Shown: positions 1-11,424, counted from the stretch's first letter. The stretch is 57,673 bases of DNA from Octopus bimaculoides (GCF_001194135.2 NC_069003.1:12293372-12351044); one strand, 5' to 3'. Program-made: numbers and translations. Notes: generated by a model not told the origin, from the letters alone.

Positions 1-847
1 TTTTTAAAAATTCGAAAAATTAAAAAATATTTTTTTTTTAAATATCAAAAAATGAATTTTTTTTTTTCGTAGTCGAATGAATTCCCGTGCGTAGAATAAC
101 AAATTCGCAAAAATTTTCTGAAAATTTCAAAAAATTTTTTTTAATTCTGAGGGTTATATCGGGTGCTTAAACCAGAATTCTGCCTAAAATTTTTTACACA
201 TTGCTGTACGTATAAAAATAAAATCGATAATTTAGGTATAACTAACAACAGATTGGTGCCCCGCCCACGGTTTTCTTATAACTTTTTTTTTTTTAATGAC
301 ATTTAAGTTAATATCATTAAATGTTGGGCGAGAGAAGAATTTTTGGCAATGTTTCATAGCCGGATTTTCAGATCATCCCAACCACTCACGACTTTACTTT
401 CTTTAAAGTTCATAATTTTTAATGGTGCATTAACAAAAACACATTTTCTGGAGAGTAGATTACGTAATTTTGAAGTTTCAAACATAGAAAGCAGGAGAAA
501 ATTGAAAAATACGAAAGTTAGGGAAACTGCGGATAAGGAAATCGTTAAAACAAATCTTAATAAAAAAATTTTTTTTGCTAAATTCTATCAAGATCATAAT
601 CTTCACCCTCAAAAATATATTTCTGCAAAATTTCATAAATATACATTCTACACAGATAATTATGTGGAAACAAAGTTGATGGAGGCTCCAAACTGTAGTT
701 ATGCCATACTTTTTTTTCCTATTTATATGCTTTCAACGCTATTACGAATATATGAGCCTGCCACTTATGACTGGGCGAGATAGGACGAGCCCGTGGCTAA
801 ACAACTACAACATCGTTCCTGTATTCCTTAATTACTATCGTATATAG

Positions 848-1100
848 CAGGGTCCCCAACCACCGATTCATGGATCAATTGGTATCCGGGCACACAGAAA
901 GAATAAATTTTAAAATCTTATTTCTGTTTCATTGACTATCGCAGTCTGCATGGTGTTTTGGCATTTACGTAATAATTAAATTACACATTATGCACTTCAT
1001 TGTTTTGCTATACGCGTTATCCCCCCCACCTCCCGTACGAGGAAAAATTGTCTTGCATCATAAACCCGGTCTATGGTGCAAAAAAGGTTAGGGACCGCTG
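848..1100 (+). mobile_element. hAT (Charlie/MER1-like) non-autonomous DNA transposon
   Basis: Termini CAGGGTCCCCAAC ... GTTAGGGACCGCTG; subterminal GGAAAAATTGTCTT...CCGGTC...GGTGCAAAAAAGGTT typical of Charlie-type ends; degenerate 8-bp TSD GTATATAG (840-847) / GTAAATAA (1101-1108). Confidence 0.75.
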
Positions 1101-1377
1101 GTAAATAATTTATAAACCCTTAAAAAAAAACAGAAAATGAGTCAGCTGATTAACTTATACGTGAACTGCGGAAATCGAAAACTAACCTGAAATTTTGTTT
1201 AATATATTTTCCTATTCGTCAGCAATTTTTAAATCGTACATGGATTTATAAGTTCACAGAAGGTGTGTAATACATTCAATGAAATGTTAGTGGTATTTTC
1301 ACAGCTAAAATCTAAGACACGTTGTTGTTACATAAAAACTGATTACAATTCCAAACAAGATATAAACAACAACACTT

Positions 1378-1426
<49 letters not shown>

Positions 1427-1827
1427 NNNNNNNNNNNNNNNNNNNNNNNNNNNNNNNNNNNNNNNNNNNNNNNNNNNNNNNNNNNNNNNNNNNNNNNNNN
1501 NNNNNNNNNNNNNNNNNNNNNNNNNNNNNNNNNNNNNNNNNNNNNNNNNNNNNNNNNNNNNNNNNNNNNNNNNNNNNNNNNNNNNNNNNNNNNNNNNNNN
1601 NNNNNNNAGGCATTTTAATTTAAAAAGAAAAAAATTTTTTTTCCATCATGAATTATTTTAAATATAACTTTTTCCTTATCTTTTTTCCTTGAGAAACTTT
1701 TAGAGATGGAGCGGTGTACATACATTTTTGTAAACCGATATAAATTATTCCGAAAACCAAAAAAAAATTTATTCAATTTAATGATTTAAAAAATTTTTTT
1801 TTATAAGAGTGGAGGATTATTATTATT

Positions 1828-2041
1828 AATCGTTAACACGCCGAGCTAAATGCTTAACGGTATTTCATCCGTCTTTATGTTCTGAGTTCAAATTCCACCT
1901 CGGTCGACTTTGCCTTTCATCCTTTCGAGGTCGATAAATTAAGTACCAGTGAAACACTGGAGTCGATGTAATCGATTATACCCCTCCCCAAAATTTTCAG
2001 GCCTTGTGCCTTTAGTAGAAAGGATTATTATTATTATTATT
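1828..2041 (+). mobile_element. SINE family A (tRNA-related head, (ATT)n tail)
   Basis: GAGTTCAAATT B-box-like motif, GTCGACTTTGCCTTTCATCC core and (ATT)n tail shared with about 10 other copies in the window. Confidence 0.85.
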
Positions 2042-2571
2042 GAAATATTAATATTCCTAAATCTCTCTAAAGGAGACTAAGGCAGCAATACTGAATATTA
2101 ATAGTCATCGCCTCTAGCTAGCTATGTGACACACAAATCTGTGTCCATTACAACCTTCGAACAGGGGTGGTCAGCAGCTTCCCCTTGCTGGTTCAACATC
2201 CACAGACGAGTTTTGGGGTAATGGCTCCTTCTCAATGTGGAGTAGCCAAACCCAGCAGGCATCTGAAGGTTTATTTATATATATTCAGTGGAACACATCC
2301 ACTGGTTTTCAAAAATAGAAATATTAATATTTCCAAATCTCTCTAAAGGAGACTACGACAGCAGTACTGGCAATTACCCCGAAACTAGTCTGTAGATGTT
2401 GAACCAACAAGGAAAAGCTGCTGACCTCTCCTGTTCGAAGGTTGTTATGGACACAGGTTTGTGTGTCACATAGCAAGCTAGAGGCGATGGGCCTCTTGGA
2501 GCTAATCAATGGCAGCATTCATTCTATTTTCCTGGACTGCCATGTTAGCTTGGCAATAACTATTAATATTA
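2042..2571. repeat. Combined 52-bp direct repeat and ~120-bp inverted repeat
   Basis: 2042-2093 vs 2318-2369 direct (47/52 identical by eye); 2106-2225 is the approximate reverse complement of 2370-2489. Confidence 0.85.
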
Positions 2572-2582
2572 TTATTGTTGGA

Positions 2583-2800
2583 AAGGTGGTGAGCTGACAG
2601 AATCTTTAGCATGCCAGGCAAGATGCTTAGCCGCATTTCATCCATCTTTATGTTGTGAGTTCAAATCCCACTTTGGTCGACTTTGCCTTTCATCTTTTCG
2701 AGGCTGATAAAATAAAGCACCAGTTCAGCCCTGGGATCGAAGTAATCGATTTGCTTCACCACTCCCGAACTTGCTGGCCTTGTGCCAAAATTTGAAATCA
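2583..2800 (+). mobile_element. SINE family A
   Basis: AAGGTGGTGAGCTGACAGAA head, GAGTTCAAAT and GTCGACTTTGCCTTTCATC core. Confidence 0.85.
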
Positions 2801-2864
2801 TTTTTATTGATGTTATTCATCTATTGACACGTGTTGCATGTCACTGCCGTAAGTTTGTTATTAT

Positions 2865-3400
2865 TTATATTGTTACACGAAACCTAAATGGTAGATCGAA
2901 CAAAAAAAAAAATAGCAGAGTAACACTAAACATCAACACAAAAAACAGGCAGGTATGATCAGAGGGGAAAGACACCATCAAAAACAAATTCTCAAATACC
3001 TCCCTCAACAGCAGCCACACCAGTACTGTCAACAAGAACATTATCCCCATCACTACCATCGCAGGCACCACAGTCACAAGCTCAATCCAATTCACACACA
3101 CAACTTTCAGATTGTACATCACAACACCAGCAAAAGTCAAACATTTTGAACTACACAGCAATAAACACGAACAATTAAAAACTAATGGATCACATATATA
3201 ACCATACAGACCAACTTTATCACACCAAGAAACAATATACCAACACATATTAAAGTCATACAAACACCACAGTACCATCAAAACTAGATATCTTTCCAGA
3301 AACATATATAAAAGAATATATAAAGAACTGCTCATGAAGACATTTACATATACCTATGTGGACAGAACATCCATCCCTTCCTTACCCCTAAATTACTGTG
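2865..3400 (+). pseudogene. Possible decayed ORF1 C-terminal region of the adjacent Tx1/L1 LINE
   Basis: A/C-rich plus strand; one frame reads P/S/T/Q-rich (KTPSKTNSQIPPSTAATPVLSTRTLSPSLPSQAPQ); directly upstream of the APE domain. No diagnostic motif. Confidence 0.25.
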
Positions 3401-3432
3401 TAGCATTTTCAGCTTCTGTATCCGAATCTATC

Positions 3433-6045
3433 ATAGCCTTGTTCAGTGTAGGTAGTATAAATGCACATGCCTTGGGGGTCACCTTGAAAACAAGGCTATC
3501 TACTCAATGACTTCAGGTCACTAAATGTCAATGTAGTGGCCATCAGCGAAACCAGACTCTCCGACCTACAAGATTTCATGCCCATTTTCAGTGGATACAG
3601 GATATATTTATCTCCCTGTCAACCAGGGAGGTGGAATTGCGTTGTTGTTCTGGAGAGGCCTGAATCTCAAGATAAGAACTATCTTCTTGGATCCAGAAGG
3701 CAAGTTGGTGGTTGTGGATGTGAACAGTAGTGACAGGGGTGCCCTCAGACTGGTGGCTGCTTATGCTCTGACAGGAGCAGGACAGTCAGACTTCTTCAGA
3801 TGTCTGAAGGTTTTTCTAGGAATGTCCCAACCTTTAGTGTTAGTGGGTAACTAAAATGCCATTTGAGAGTCACATTTGAACTGTGTGGAGCTAGTGGATA
3901 AAAGCCTCACAAAGCTGCTCAGACTTTTCCAACTCTCTGACAGGTACTGACTGGATTTCCCAGATGTGCCAATGTGCATGTGAAAGAATCCCATTAGGTC
4001 ATCCAAGTCGTATCTAGACAGGCTGTTTTGTAGGGTAGTAGATAAAGATAGTATAAGCTGTCCACTTTCCAAACTGGTCAGCTACACAGACCACAAATTT
4101 GTGATCTGTATGGTCAACCTAGATAGGCTTAGAAGGCTGGGACCTGGTTACTGGAAGCTGAATGTGTCATCCCTGGTGTGCCAAACTTACAGAGACTGGA
4201 TTAGAGAATTAGTTAAGGGGCATTCATGGGGGCAATCATCAACAACAAATAGTAGTTTGCTCTGAAAAGGGCAATTAGAGTAGATTCAGTTAGGTTTAGT
4301 AAGGCATTAGTGATAGAAAGGATTAAAGTGGAAGGGAACTTAGAAACTTAGAAGAGATGCTTAAGAAAAGTATTGCAGCTGATGTGCTGGCTGTGAGATG
4401 AGCCTTGGATCAATTCTTCAAAGCTAAACATAAAGGTTGCATTGTCAGAGCTAAGGTACATGCTTTAAGATGAGGGGATGAAAGCCACTCAACGGGCCCA
4501 AGTGGCAGAGATGCCACAATTCAGCCTTTGGTGGACCAAAATAGGTGCATGATACTTGACTCTGAGTACCAACTCCCAACTGTTTAGGACAAATGGCAGT
4601 CCGGAATGCTGAATGGACCTCAGTGCCTACTTCAATGGCATGCCATGGCTCTCGAAAGGGAGGGAGGGAGGGTGGAGTGTTGTGAAATGCCCTTAACAGC
4701 CACGAAAATATAGGATGTGATGACGAGTTACANNNNNNNNNNNNNNNNNNNNNNNNNNNNNNNTCTATGAGCTTTACTTTTATATGCCAGAGTTGCTTGG
4801 CAGCCTTTTAGCAGCTATCTACTGCAACTGGCACCAGAATGGGAGAATTCCCAATTCTGTGAGTTTAGGAGCAGCACCACTGCTAAGAAAGGACCCAAAC
4901 AAGGGGGATCAAATAGAAAAATTTAGGCTTATAATGCTGCTGAACGCAGACTTCAAAATTTTGGTCAAGGTGTTAGCAAAATGGTTGGCACTTGTCATCG
5001 AGGAACTGATTGGTGATGTGCAAATGTGCACAATCCCATGCAGATCCATCCATGACAACCTCCATCTGATGCAATACATCATAGACAGGGTTGGTAAGGA
5101 ACTTGGCATGGGTGGGGCCCTGATCAATTTGGATCACTGTAAAGCCTTCAATAAGGTTGACTACCAATACTTGGTGGCCAATTTTGGTCCCATTTTCTGT
5201 GGCTGGATTGCTGAAATGTACAACGACATTTGCTCAGTAGAGTGGATGAATGGTTACCTATCAAAAGCATTCAACATCATGCATTCAGTCTGTCAAGGGT
5301 GTCCCCTCTCGTCTCTTCTGTATGTATTGCTCTTGAGCCATTACTGCAGAAACTGCAGAGGTGTTGAGAGGCATCCCACATGAACTAGGATGTGGGAGAA
5401 CCATATTGACAAATGCAGATGACGTCACCATCATAGTGTTGAACATAAACCTGGTCGGCACTGCTCCAAAAGAATATGAAGTGGTGAAGGGAGCAAAAAT
5501 GAACCAAAAAAGTCAGTGGACCTGTAGCTTGGCACCTAGAGAGGCAAGTCCATGCCATTTAATAATGTCATGGGACTCTGGATGGAGGGACCAGTTAAAC
5601 TGCCCGAAGTCTAGTTTGGTCCAGATCTCCAGGTGTGAACTGGGATGAGGTGACGAGCAGGGTGACCAATCTCACCCAGAAATGGGCCAAGAGAAAGCTG
5701 TCCCTGAAAGGTTGGACAGAAGTGGTGAATGCATACATTGCTTCTGTTATATATTATTACCTGACCATTGTGCCTTGTCCAGTTTACATCTGACCAAACT
5801 GGAATGCATGCTCTTCCACTTTCTGTGGAAAGAGTGTGTTCCACTAGTCAGATGTTCCATTTGTTGTCAACACCCAGTGAATGGAGGGCTGGGCATAACA
5901 TACTGATGATGCACAGAGGCTGTGACATCTCCACTGTTTCCTAGACAGTGAGTAGGTGTGGTTGCCATTTGTCAGACCTGATTTTCCACAGCTCATCTCT
6001 TTGTCTGAGCTACAGTCCTGAATCAAGTATAGACCGAAGCAGGGT
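3433..6045 (+). mobile_element. Decayed Tx1/L1-clade non-LTR retrotransposon ORF2 (APE endonuclease + reverse transcriptase)
   Basis: APE motifs across frameshifts: SVGSINAHAL, VAISETR, SYLDR, TDHK, GPGYWKLN. RT motifs: FRLIMLLNADFKILVK, RSIHDN, LDHCKAFNKVD, QGCPLSSLLY, NADD. Many stops and frameshifts; 3' end missing. Confidence 0.92.
4784..5383 (+). pseudogene. Longest open piece of the LINE reverse transcriptase domain
   Basis: 199-aa ORF with recognisable L1/Tx1 RT conserved blocks; surrounded by frameshifted segments, so non-functional. Confidence 0.9.
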
Positions 6046-6090
6046 GCCTGGCACCTAGAGTGTCATCAGACACTCACCGTCCTCTGTCAG

Positions 6091-6131
<41 letters not shown>

Positions 6132-7329
6132 ACCACTTATCTCTCCCTGGCTTTTCTCTACCATCCTATTTATGTTCTGACCCTATTCCTTGTGAGCATG
6201 CCATATTACTTTGCCACCATCTCTCTCAAAACACCATCTCTCTCAAAACATCATCGCTCTCAAAACAAAACACCTGTTTTTGTCACTNNNNNNNNNNNNN
6301 NNNNNNNNNNNNNNNNNNNNNNNNNNNNNNNNNNNNNNNNNNNNNNNNNNNNNNNNNNNNNNNNNNNNNNNNNNNNNNNNNNNNNNNNNNNNNNNNNNNN
6401 NNNNNNNNNNNNNNNNNNNNNNNNNNNNNNNNNNNNNNNNNNNNNNNNNNNNNNNNNNNNNNNNNNNNNNNNNNNNNNNNNNNNNNNNNNNNNNNNNNNN
6501 NNNNNNNNNNNNNNNNNNNNNNNNNNNNNNNNNNNNNNNNNNNNNNNNNNNNNNNNNNNNNNNNNNNNNNNNNNNNNNNNNNNNNNNNNNNNNNNNNNNN
6601 NNNNNNNNNNNNNNNNNNNNNNNNNNNNNNNNNNNNNNNNNNNNNNNNNNNNNNNNNNNNNNNNNNNNNNNNNNNNNNNNNNNNNNNNNNNNNNNNNNNN
6701 NNNNNNNNNNNNNNNNNNNNNNNNNNNNNNNNNNNNNNNNNNNNNNNNNNNNNNNNNNNNNNNNNNNNNNNNNNNNNNNNNNNNNNNNNNNNNNNNNNNN
6801 NNNNNNNNNNNNNNNNNNNNNNNNNNNNNNNNNNNNNNNNNNNNNNNNNNNNNNNNNNNNNNNNNNNNNNNNNNNNNNNNNNNNNNNNNNNNNNNNNNNN
6901 NNNNNNNNNNNNNNNNNNNNNNNNNNNNNNNNNNNNNNNNNNNNNNNNNNNNNNNNNNNNNNNNNNNNNNNNNNNNNNNNNNNNNNNNNNNNNNNNNNNN
7001 NNNNNNNNNNNNNNNNNNNNNNNNNNNNNNNNNNNNNNNNNNNNNNNNNNNNNNNNNNNNNNNNNNNNNNNNNNNNNNNNNNNNNNNNNNNNNNNNNNNN
7101 NNNNNNNNNNNNNNNNNNNNNNNNNNNNNNNNNNNNNNNNNNNNNNNNNNNNNNNNNNNNNNNNNNNNNNNNNNNNNNNNNNNNNNNNNNNNNNNNNNNN
7201 NNNNNNNNNNNNNNNNNNNNNNNNNNNNNNNNNNNNNNNNNNNNNNNNNNNNNNNNNNNNNNNNNNNNNNNNNNNNNNTATATATATATATATATATGCA
7301 CATACATATATATGTACACACATATACAC

Positions 7330-7485
7330 AACAGGCTTCTTTCAATTTCTGTCTACCAGATTCCAATTCACTTACAAGACATTGTCAGCCTAAGGCTGTA
7401 GAATATGACACTTGTGCACAGTGGGACTGAAGCTGAAATCACATGATTGCAAAGTGATCTTTTTTAACAACACGGCCATACCAAG
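7330..7485 (-). mobile_element. SINE family B 5' half (diverged)
   Basis: Reverse complement of TGGCTGTGTGGTAAGAAG...GAAACTGAAAGAAGCC consensus seen in many copies. Confidence 0.75.
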
Positions 7486-7569
7486 GCTTTAATTAGTTGT
7501 TTAGTCTGACCCTATAAACACTATTTCTCTAGAGTTACTCCTACAACATTGTAACTGGTCAAATATAGA

Positions 7570-8630
7570 ATATTTATTCTTCATTTTTCTTCATTTCCTT
7601 GTTTTTTTTTTATTTTGCTTTATGGTTTTTTTTTTTTTTTTTTTTTTTTACCAAAGTTGTCTTCAGTTCTTGGTTAGCACCTCAAAAAAAAAAGAAAAAA
7701 ATGACATGTCCGCTAATGAACCTACATGACATTTTCAGCAAAGAATTCTTTGTAGATAAGTTTGGCATTTAAATCTGTCCAAGATGCATATGTTGCCAGT
7801 TCTGACATTTGCTTTATGATGATTAAACCATTCCTCATATTTCTGTTTCACTGTGAACTCATTATTATTATTATCATCATTATTATTATTATTATTATTG
7901 GTGAGCTAGAAGAATTGTTAGCATACTATACAAAATGCTTACTAGCAATTTTTTCATCTTTACATTGAGTTCAAATTTCGACAAGGTCGACTTTGCCTTT
8001 CATCCTTTCAGGATCCATAAAATAAGTACCAGTTGAATACTGGAGCAGATGTAATTGACTAGAATTGCTGGCCTTTGAGTCTTGTTACCTTTAGAGAAAA
8101 ACAAAAAAGAAAATATCACTGAAACCTCATCCATGATTCCGATCTGACCCAACCTCTTTTCCTGCACTGATTAAGAACCTGTGAAATTCGATTATTTTGT
8201 TCTCATAATCTTCAGGTATTTTTTGTACTATTCTCATCTTCATTCTCATTGCCAGTCTGTGCCTCTTTATAAATCTGTAACACCAGTTTGATGGGCCATG
8301 AAAATCATCCAGACCTCATGCTGTTACCCTCACTTTTGATTCATTAATAATCATTTTTATTGATACTGCAAGATCCAAATTTCTCTCCACAACTATCCAC
8401 ACCTTTATCTTTGGCTCCAGTTCTGGCCACTTGGCTGCAGTCTGATGCAGGTTACGTTTAAGTCTTGATGCAGGCTTCAACAGGACCTCTTCTTTCTTCC
8501 AGTAGGGGATCATTTTCTCAGTTGGTGGTACTTCAAAATGCATCCCTGCAGCCCTGTTGCCATGCTGTTTGGCATATTCAATCACTTGTAGCTTGTAGTT
8601 GATTGTGTAAGAGTATATTCAGCTTGAGGT
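7570..8630 (-). mobile_element. Decayed pogo/Tigger (POGK-like) transposase, internally deleted and SINE-interrupted
   Basis: Minus-strand frames give Brinker-like DBD (VIEYAKQHGNRAA..F), CENP-B HTH (KWPELE..W), NWCYRFIKRH.L, QKIPEDYENKIIEFHRF, LGQIGIMDEV (first catalytic D), then KQKYEEW and a TED-containing acidic tail. Confidence 0.85.
7900..8078 (+). mobile_element. SINE family A inserted in the pogo relic
   Basis: GAGTTCAAATT...GTCGACTTTGCCTTTCATCC core. Confidence 0.8.
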
Positions 8631-9204
8631 TGCATTAATAACGGTTGTGTTAAAAATTTTATGTAAAATCTTCTGAAGTTGCGGATTACTCCTAACATCA
8701 GTAGGTCCAGGTTTGAACTGGTTAAGCCCATGGTTTTCAGAGATCAAAGAGGAAGCCTATGTTGCTGTCCGAACACAACACGTTTCATCACAGAGAGTGA
8801 GTGATAACTAAATACAACGTATTTCGTCATAGATAGTGAGTAAGTGATTACAATAGTATTGTTGTTGATATTTACCTGTAAACCCTTTTAGCATACTGCA
8901 GTTTTACTTTTTTCATCTCTTAATAATGTTCCCTTAAAGTCAGGTTGAAGAGAGTGACAACACCGGCAATATAGATACACATGTAAAATATCACTCATCA
9001 GTTGCCTTGTCTAACATACACTGCCTCTACAAGAATGAATTTTTGTGATTGCATATATTTAAAAAATATTTAATGATATTTTTGTTTATTTACTATTTTA
9101 ACAAAGAACAATTTAGACACTTCACCCAGCGGTCATATACAGGGGTTCAGATTACTGTCTAGCATAGATAATTTTCCCCTGGGGTTCGGATATGCCTATG
9201 AAAA

Positions 9205-9580
9205 ATGCAGTTTTCAGCTTCTATTATCATTTATTGCCTGACCATCATGCCTTGTCCCAGTTACTGCTTGACCAGGTTGGAGCATCTCTTATTTAAATTC
9301 TCGTGGAAGGGACGCGTTCCAATGGTCAGGCGGTCCGTCTGTTGCCAGCATCCTCTGAGAGGTGGATTAGGTATGCCATGGCTCCTAATGTGCAGACACG
9401 TGCTTAGGTTACACCACCTACAACGATTTTTGGATGGTGAGCATGTGTGGGCTCTGTTTTGAGGCTTGTCTTTCTGCAGCTTGTCTCCTTGACAGAGTTG
9501 CAGTCTTGGGTAAAGAAACGACCAAGACTGGGCGCCTGGAACCTAGAATGTCATCAGATTCTCACAACCCTCTACCAGTT
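9205..9580 (+). mobile_element. Second Tx1/L1-clade LINE fragment (post-RT region)
   Basis: CCQHPLRGGLGMP aligns with CCQHPVNGGLGI at 5682-5906; colinear with 5720-6045 but clearly diverged. Confidence 0.85.
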
Positions 9581-9619
9581 GGGTTTGATAGACAGAAACT
9601 GAAAGAAGCCCATCGTATA

Positions 9620-9653
<34 letters not shown>

Positions 9654-9851
9654 CTTCAGTTTCTGTCTACCAAATCCACTCACAAGGCTTTGGTTGGCCC
9701 AAGGCTATAGTAGAAGACACTTGCCCAAGGTGCCACGCAGTGGGACTGAACTCAGAACCATGTGGTTCGTAAGCAAGCTTGCTCAAGGTGCTATTCAATT
9801 GGACTAAACTCCTGGAACCATGTGATTGGGAAGCAAGCAACTTACCACACA

Positions 9852-9855
<4 letters not shown>
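9654..9855 (-). mobile_element. SINE family B 5' half with internal ~60-bp duplication
   Basis: CAAGGTGC...GGACTRAAC...GAACCATGTG segment occurs twice in tandem. Confidence 0.8.
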
Positions 9856-9937
<82 letters not shown>

Positions 9938-9954
9938 AACATACACACATATCC

Positions 9955-10250
9955 TCATCATCATTTATTATCCATGTTCCATGATGGCATGGGTTGGGTG
10001 GTTTGAGAAGAGCCACTGGGTCCTAGGACTGCTGCATGCACCAATGTCTGCTTTGCTATGGTTTCTATGACTGGATGCTCTTCCTAATGCCAATCCCTTT
10101 CCCGTATCTACTGGGTACTTTTCTTCCGACTACCTGCACTTCTGAAGTTGCCATGCAGTTCATAGGACCTTAGACCCTGGGGGAGGTGTTGGGATTGGGG
10201 GTTGGAACAGTTTCATGCTAGGGAACAAGGGGATTACATTATGAGAAGTG
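9955..10250 (-). mobile_element. RTE-clade LINE 3' UTR fragment (family C)
   Basis: CATCAT tail, CCATG...GGCATGGGTTGG and GGATGCYCTTCCTAATGCCAA motifs shared with the RTE 3' ends at 32786 and 51131. Confidence 0.65.
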
Positions 10251-10264
10251 TTGGTGGGGATGAT

Positions 10265-10420
10265 TCACTTATTTCAGTTTCCATTTACCAAATGCTCTCA
10301 CAAGGTATTGTTCAGCCTGTGGCTATAGTAGAATAGGCTTGTCAAAGGTGCTGTGCTGTAGGACTGAAACCATGACCACCTGCCTTGGGAGCAAGCTTCT
10401 TAGCCACACAGTCACACCTG
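10265..10420 (-). mobile_element. SINE family B 5' half (diverged)
   Basis: TTTCAGTTTCC...GGCTATAGTAGAA...AGCAAGCTTCTTAGCCACACAG. Confidence 0.75.
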
Positions 10421-10599
10421 TTGCTATGTAATATCTTGCAGGATAATGAAGATCACTCAATTACATTGATGTTATTTGGCAGAAACACAGAGCAAAGCAA
10501 TTGAGGATTTACCAGAAATGATGGTAGATGCTAGAGGGGAAGACATTCCTGGGTGTGGAATGGTAAAATACATAAGGGTTGTGGTCATTTTAAAGATGT

Positions 10600-11030
10600 A
10601 GTGGGGTGGGTGGGTGATTAGATGAGAAGAAGAAGAGGGGAGGAATAGGAGAAGAAGAAGGAAAAAAGGGAAGAGGGGAGGTTGAGAGGATGAGGAGGAG
10701 GATGAGGAGGAGGATGGGAGGTGGGGGTGGAGGAGGAAAAAGAAGTAGAAGGGAAAAGAGGAGGAAGAGAGGGAAGATTAGGAGGAGATGAGGAGGAGGA
10801 GGATAGGAGGAGGAGAATAGGAAGAGGAGGATAGGAAGAGAAGGATAGGAGGAGGAGGAGGAAAGAGAGGAGGAGAAGAAGAAAGAGAAAAAGAGGAGAG
10901 GAGGAGGAGGAGGAGGAAGAGGCGCAGAAGGGTAGGAGAAGAAAAAGAGGAGGTGGTGAGGGAGGAGCGGCAAAGTAGGGGAAGAAAGGAGGAGGAGGAG
11001 GAGGAGGAAGATTCTGCTACTTTTGATTTC
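10600..11030. repeat. Purine-rich (GGA/GAA) low-complexity tract
   Basis: Nearly pure A/G on the plus strand. Confidence 0.9.
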
Positions 11031-11424
11031 AGAAAGTGATAACATTAATAAAAGATAGAATTTGACCAAATTCCAGACTCAGTGACCGAGTTCCTTCCAG
11101 TGGAACATGTTCCTGCATCGAAGAGACAGGGTGTGAACTCCTTGAGGGAATTGGTCACTAAACAACCACAACAACAACAAGATTTTGAGTAGATTAATAG
11201 ATTAATAAAGAGATAAGCTGTTCTACTGATGGTAACAATTGTTATCTCTGGCAATTGCTACAGAAGGCAAGAATCTTCAATAGTTGCATTGCAACAATCA
11301 ATTCCATTATCTACCGATATTGATGGCGCCAGCAGCTGCTGGAATTTGAGAAACAATCCTTGCAATAAGAAGAAAAAAATGTATATATATACTAAGAATG
11401 TTCCAGATAATGGACCAAGAATTA

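Noticed and set aside
343-783. 146-aa plus-strand ORF
   Set aside because: Starts at TTG, AT-rich codon content, no recognisable domain or splice signals; lies in transposon-like AT-rich sequence.
2865-3335. Hydrophobic 156-aa minus-strand ORF resembling a membrane protein
   Set aside because: Antisense shadow of an A/C-rich strand upstream of the LINE; no transporter or receptor motif.
6060-7430. Long ORFs of 300-500 aa spanning N runs (also at 12.8k, 14k, 19k, 20.6k, 22.4k, 23.7k, 30k, 32k, 45.5k, 52k, 56k)
   Set aside because: Open only because N codons translate as X; artefacts of assembly gaps.
7735-7800. Peptide NAKLIYKEFF resembling phosphodiesterase 2 (LIYKEFF)
   Set aside because: No splice sites, a stop follows within a few codons, and it is colinear with the pogo transposase relic.
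8870-8915. Minus-strand CAG/GTAAAT donor with a short MKKVKLQYAKRVY frame
   Set aside because: 13 codons, no partner exon, chance-level signal.
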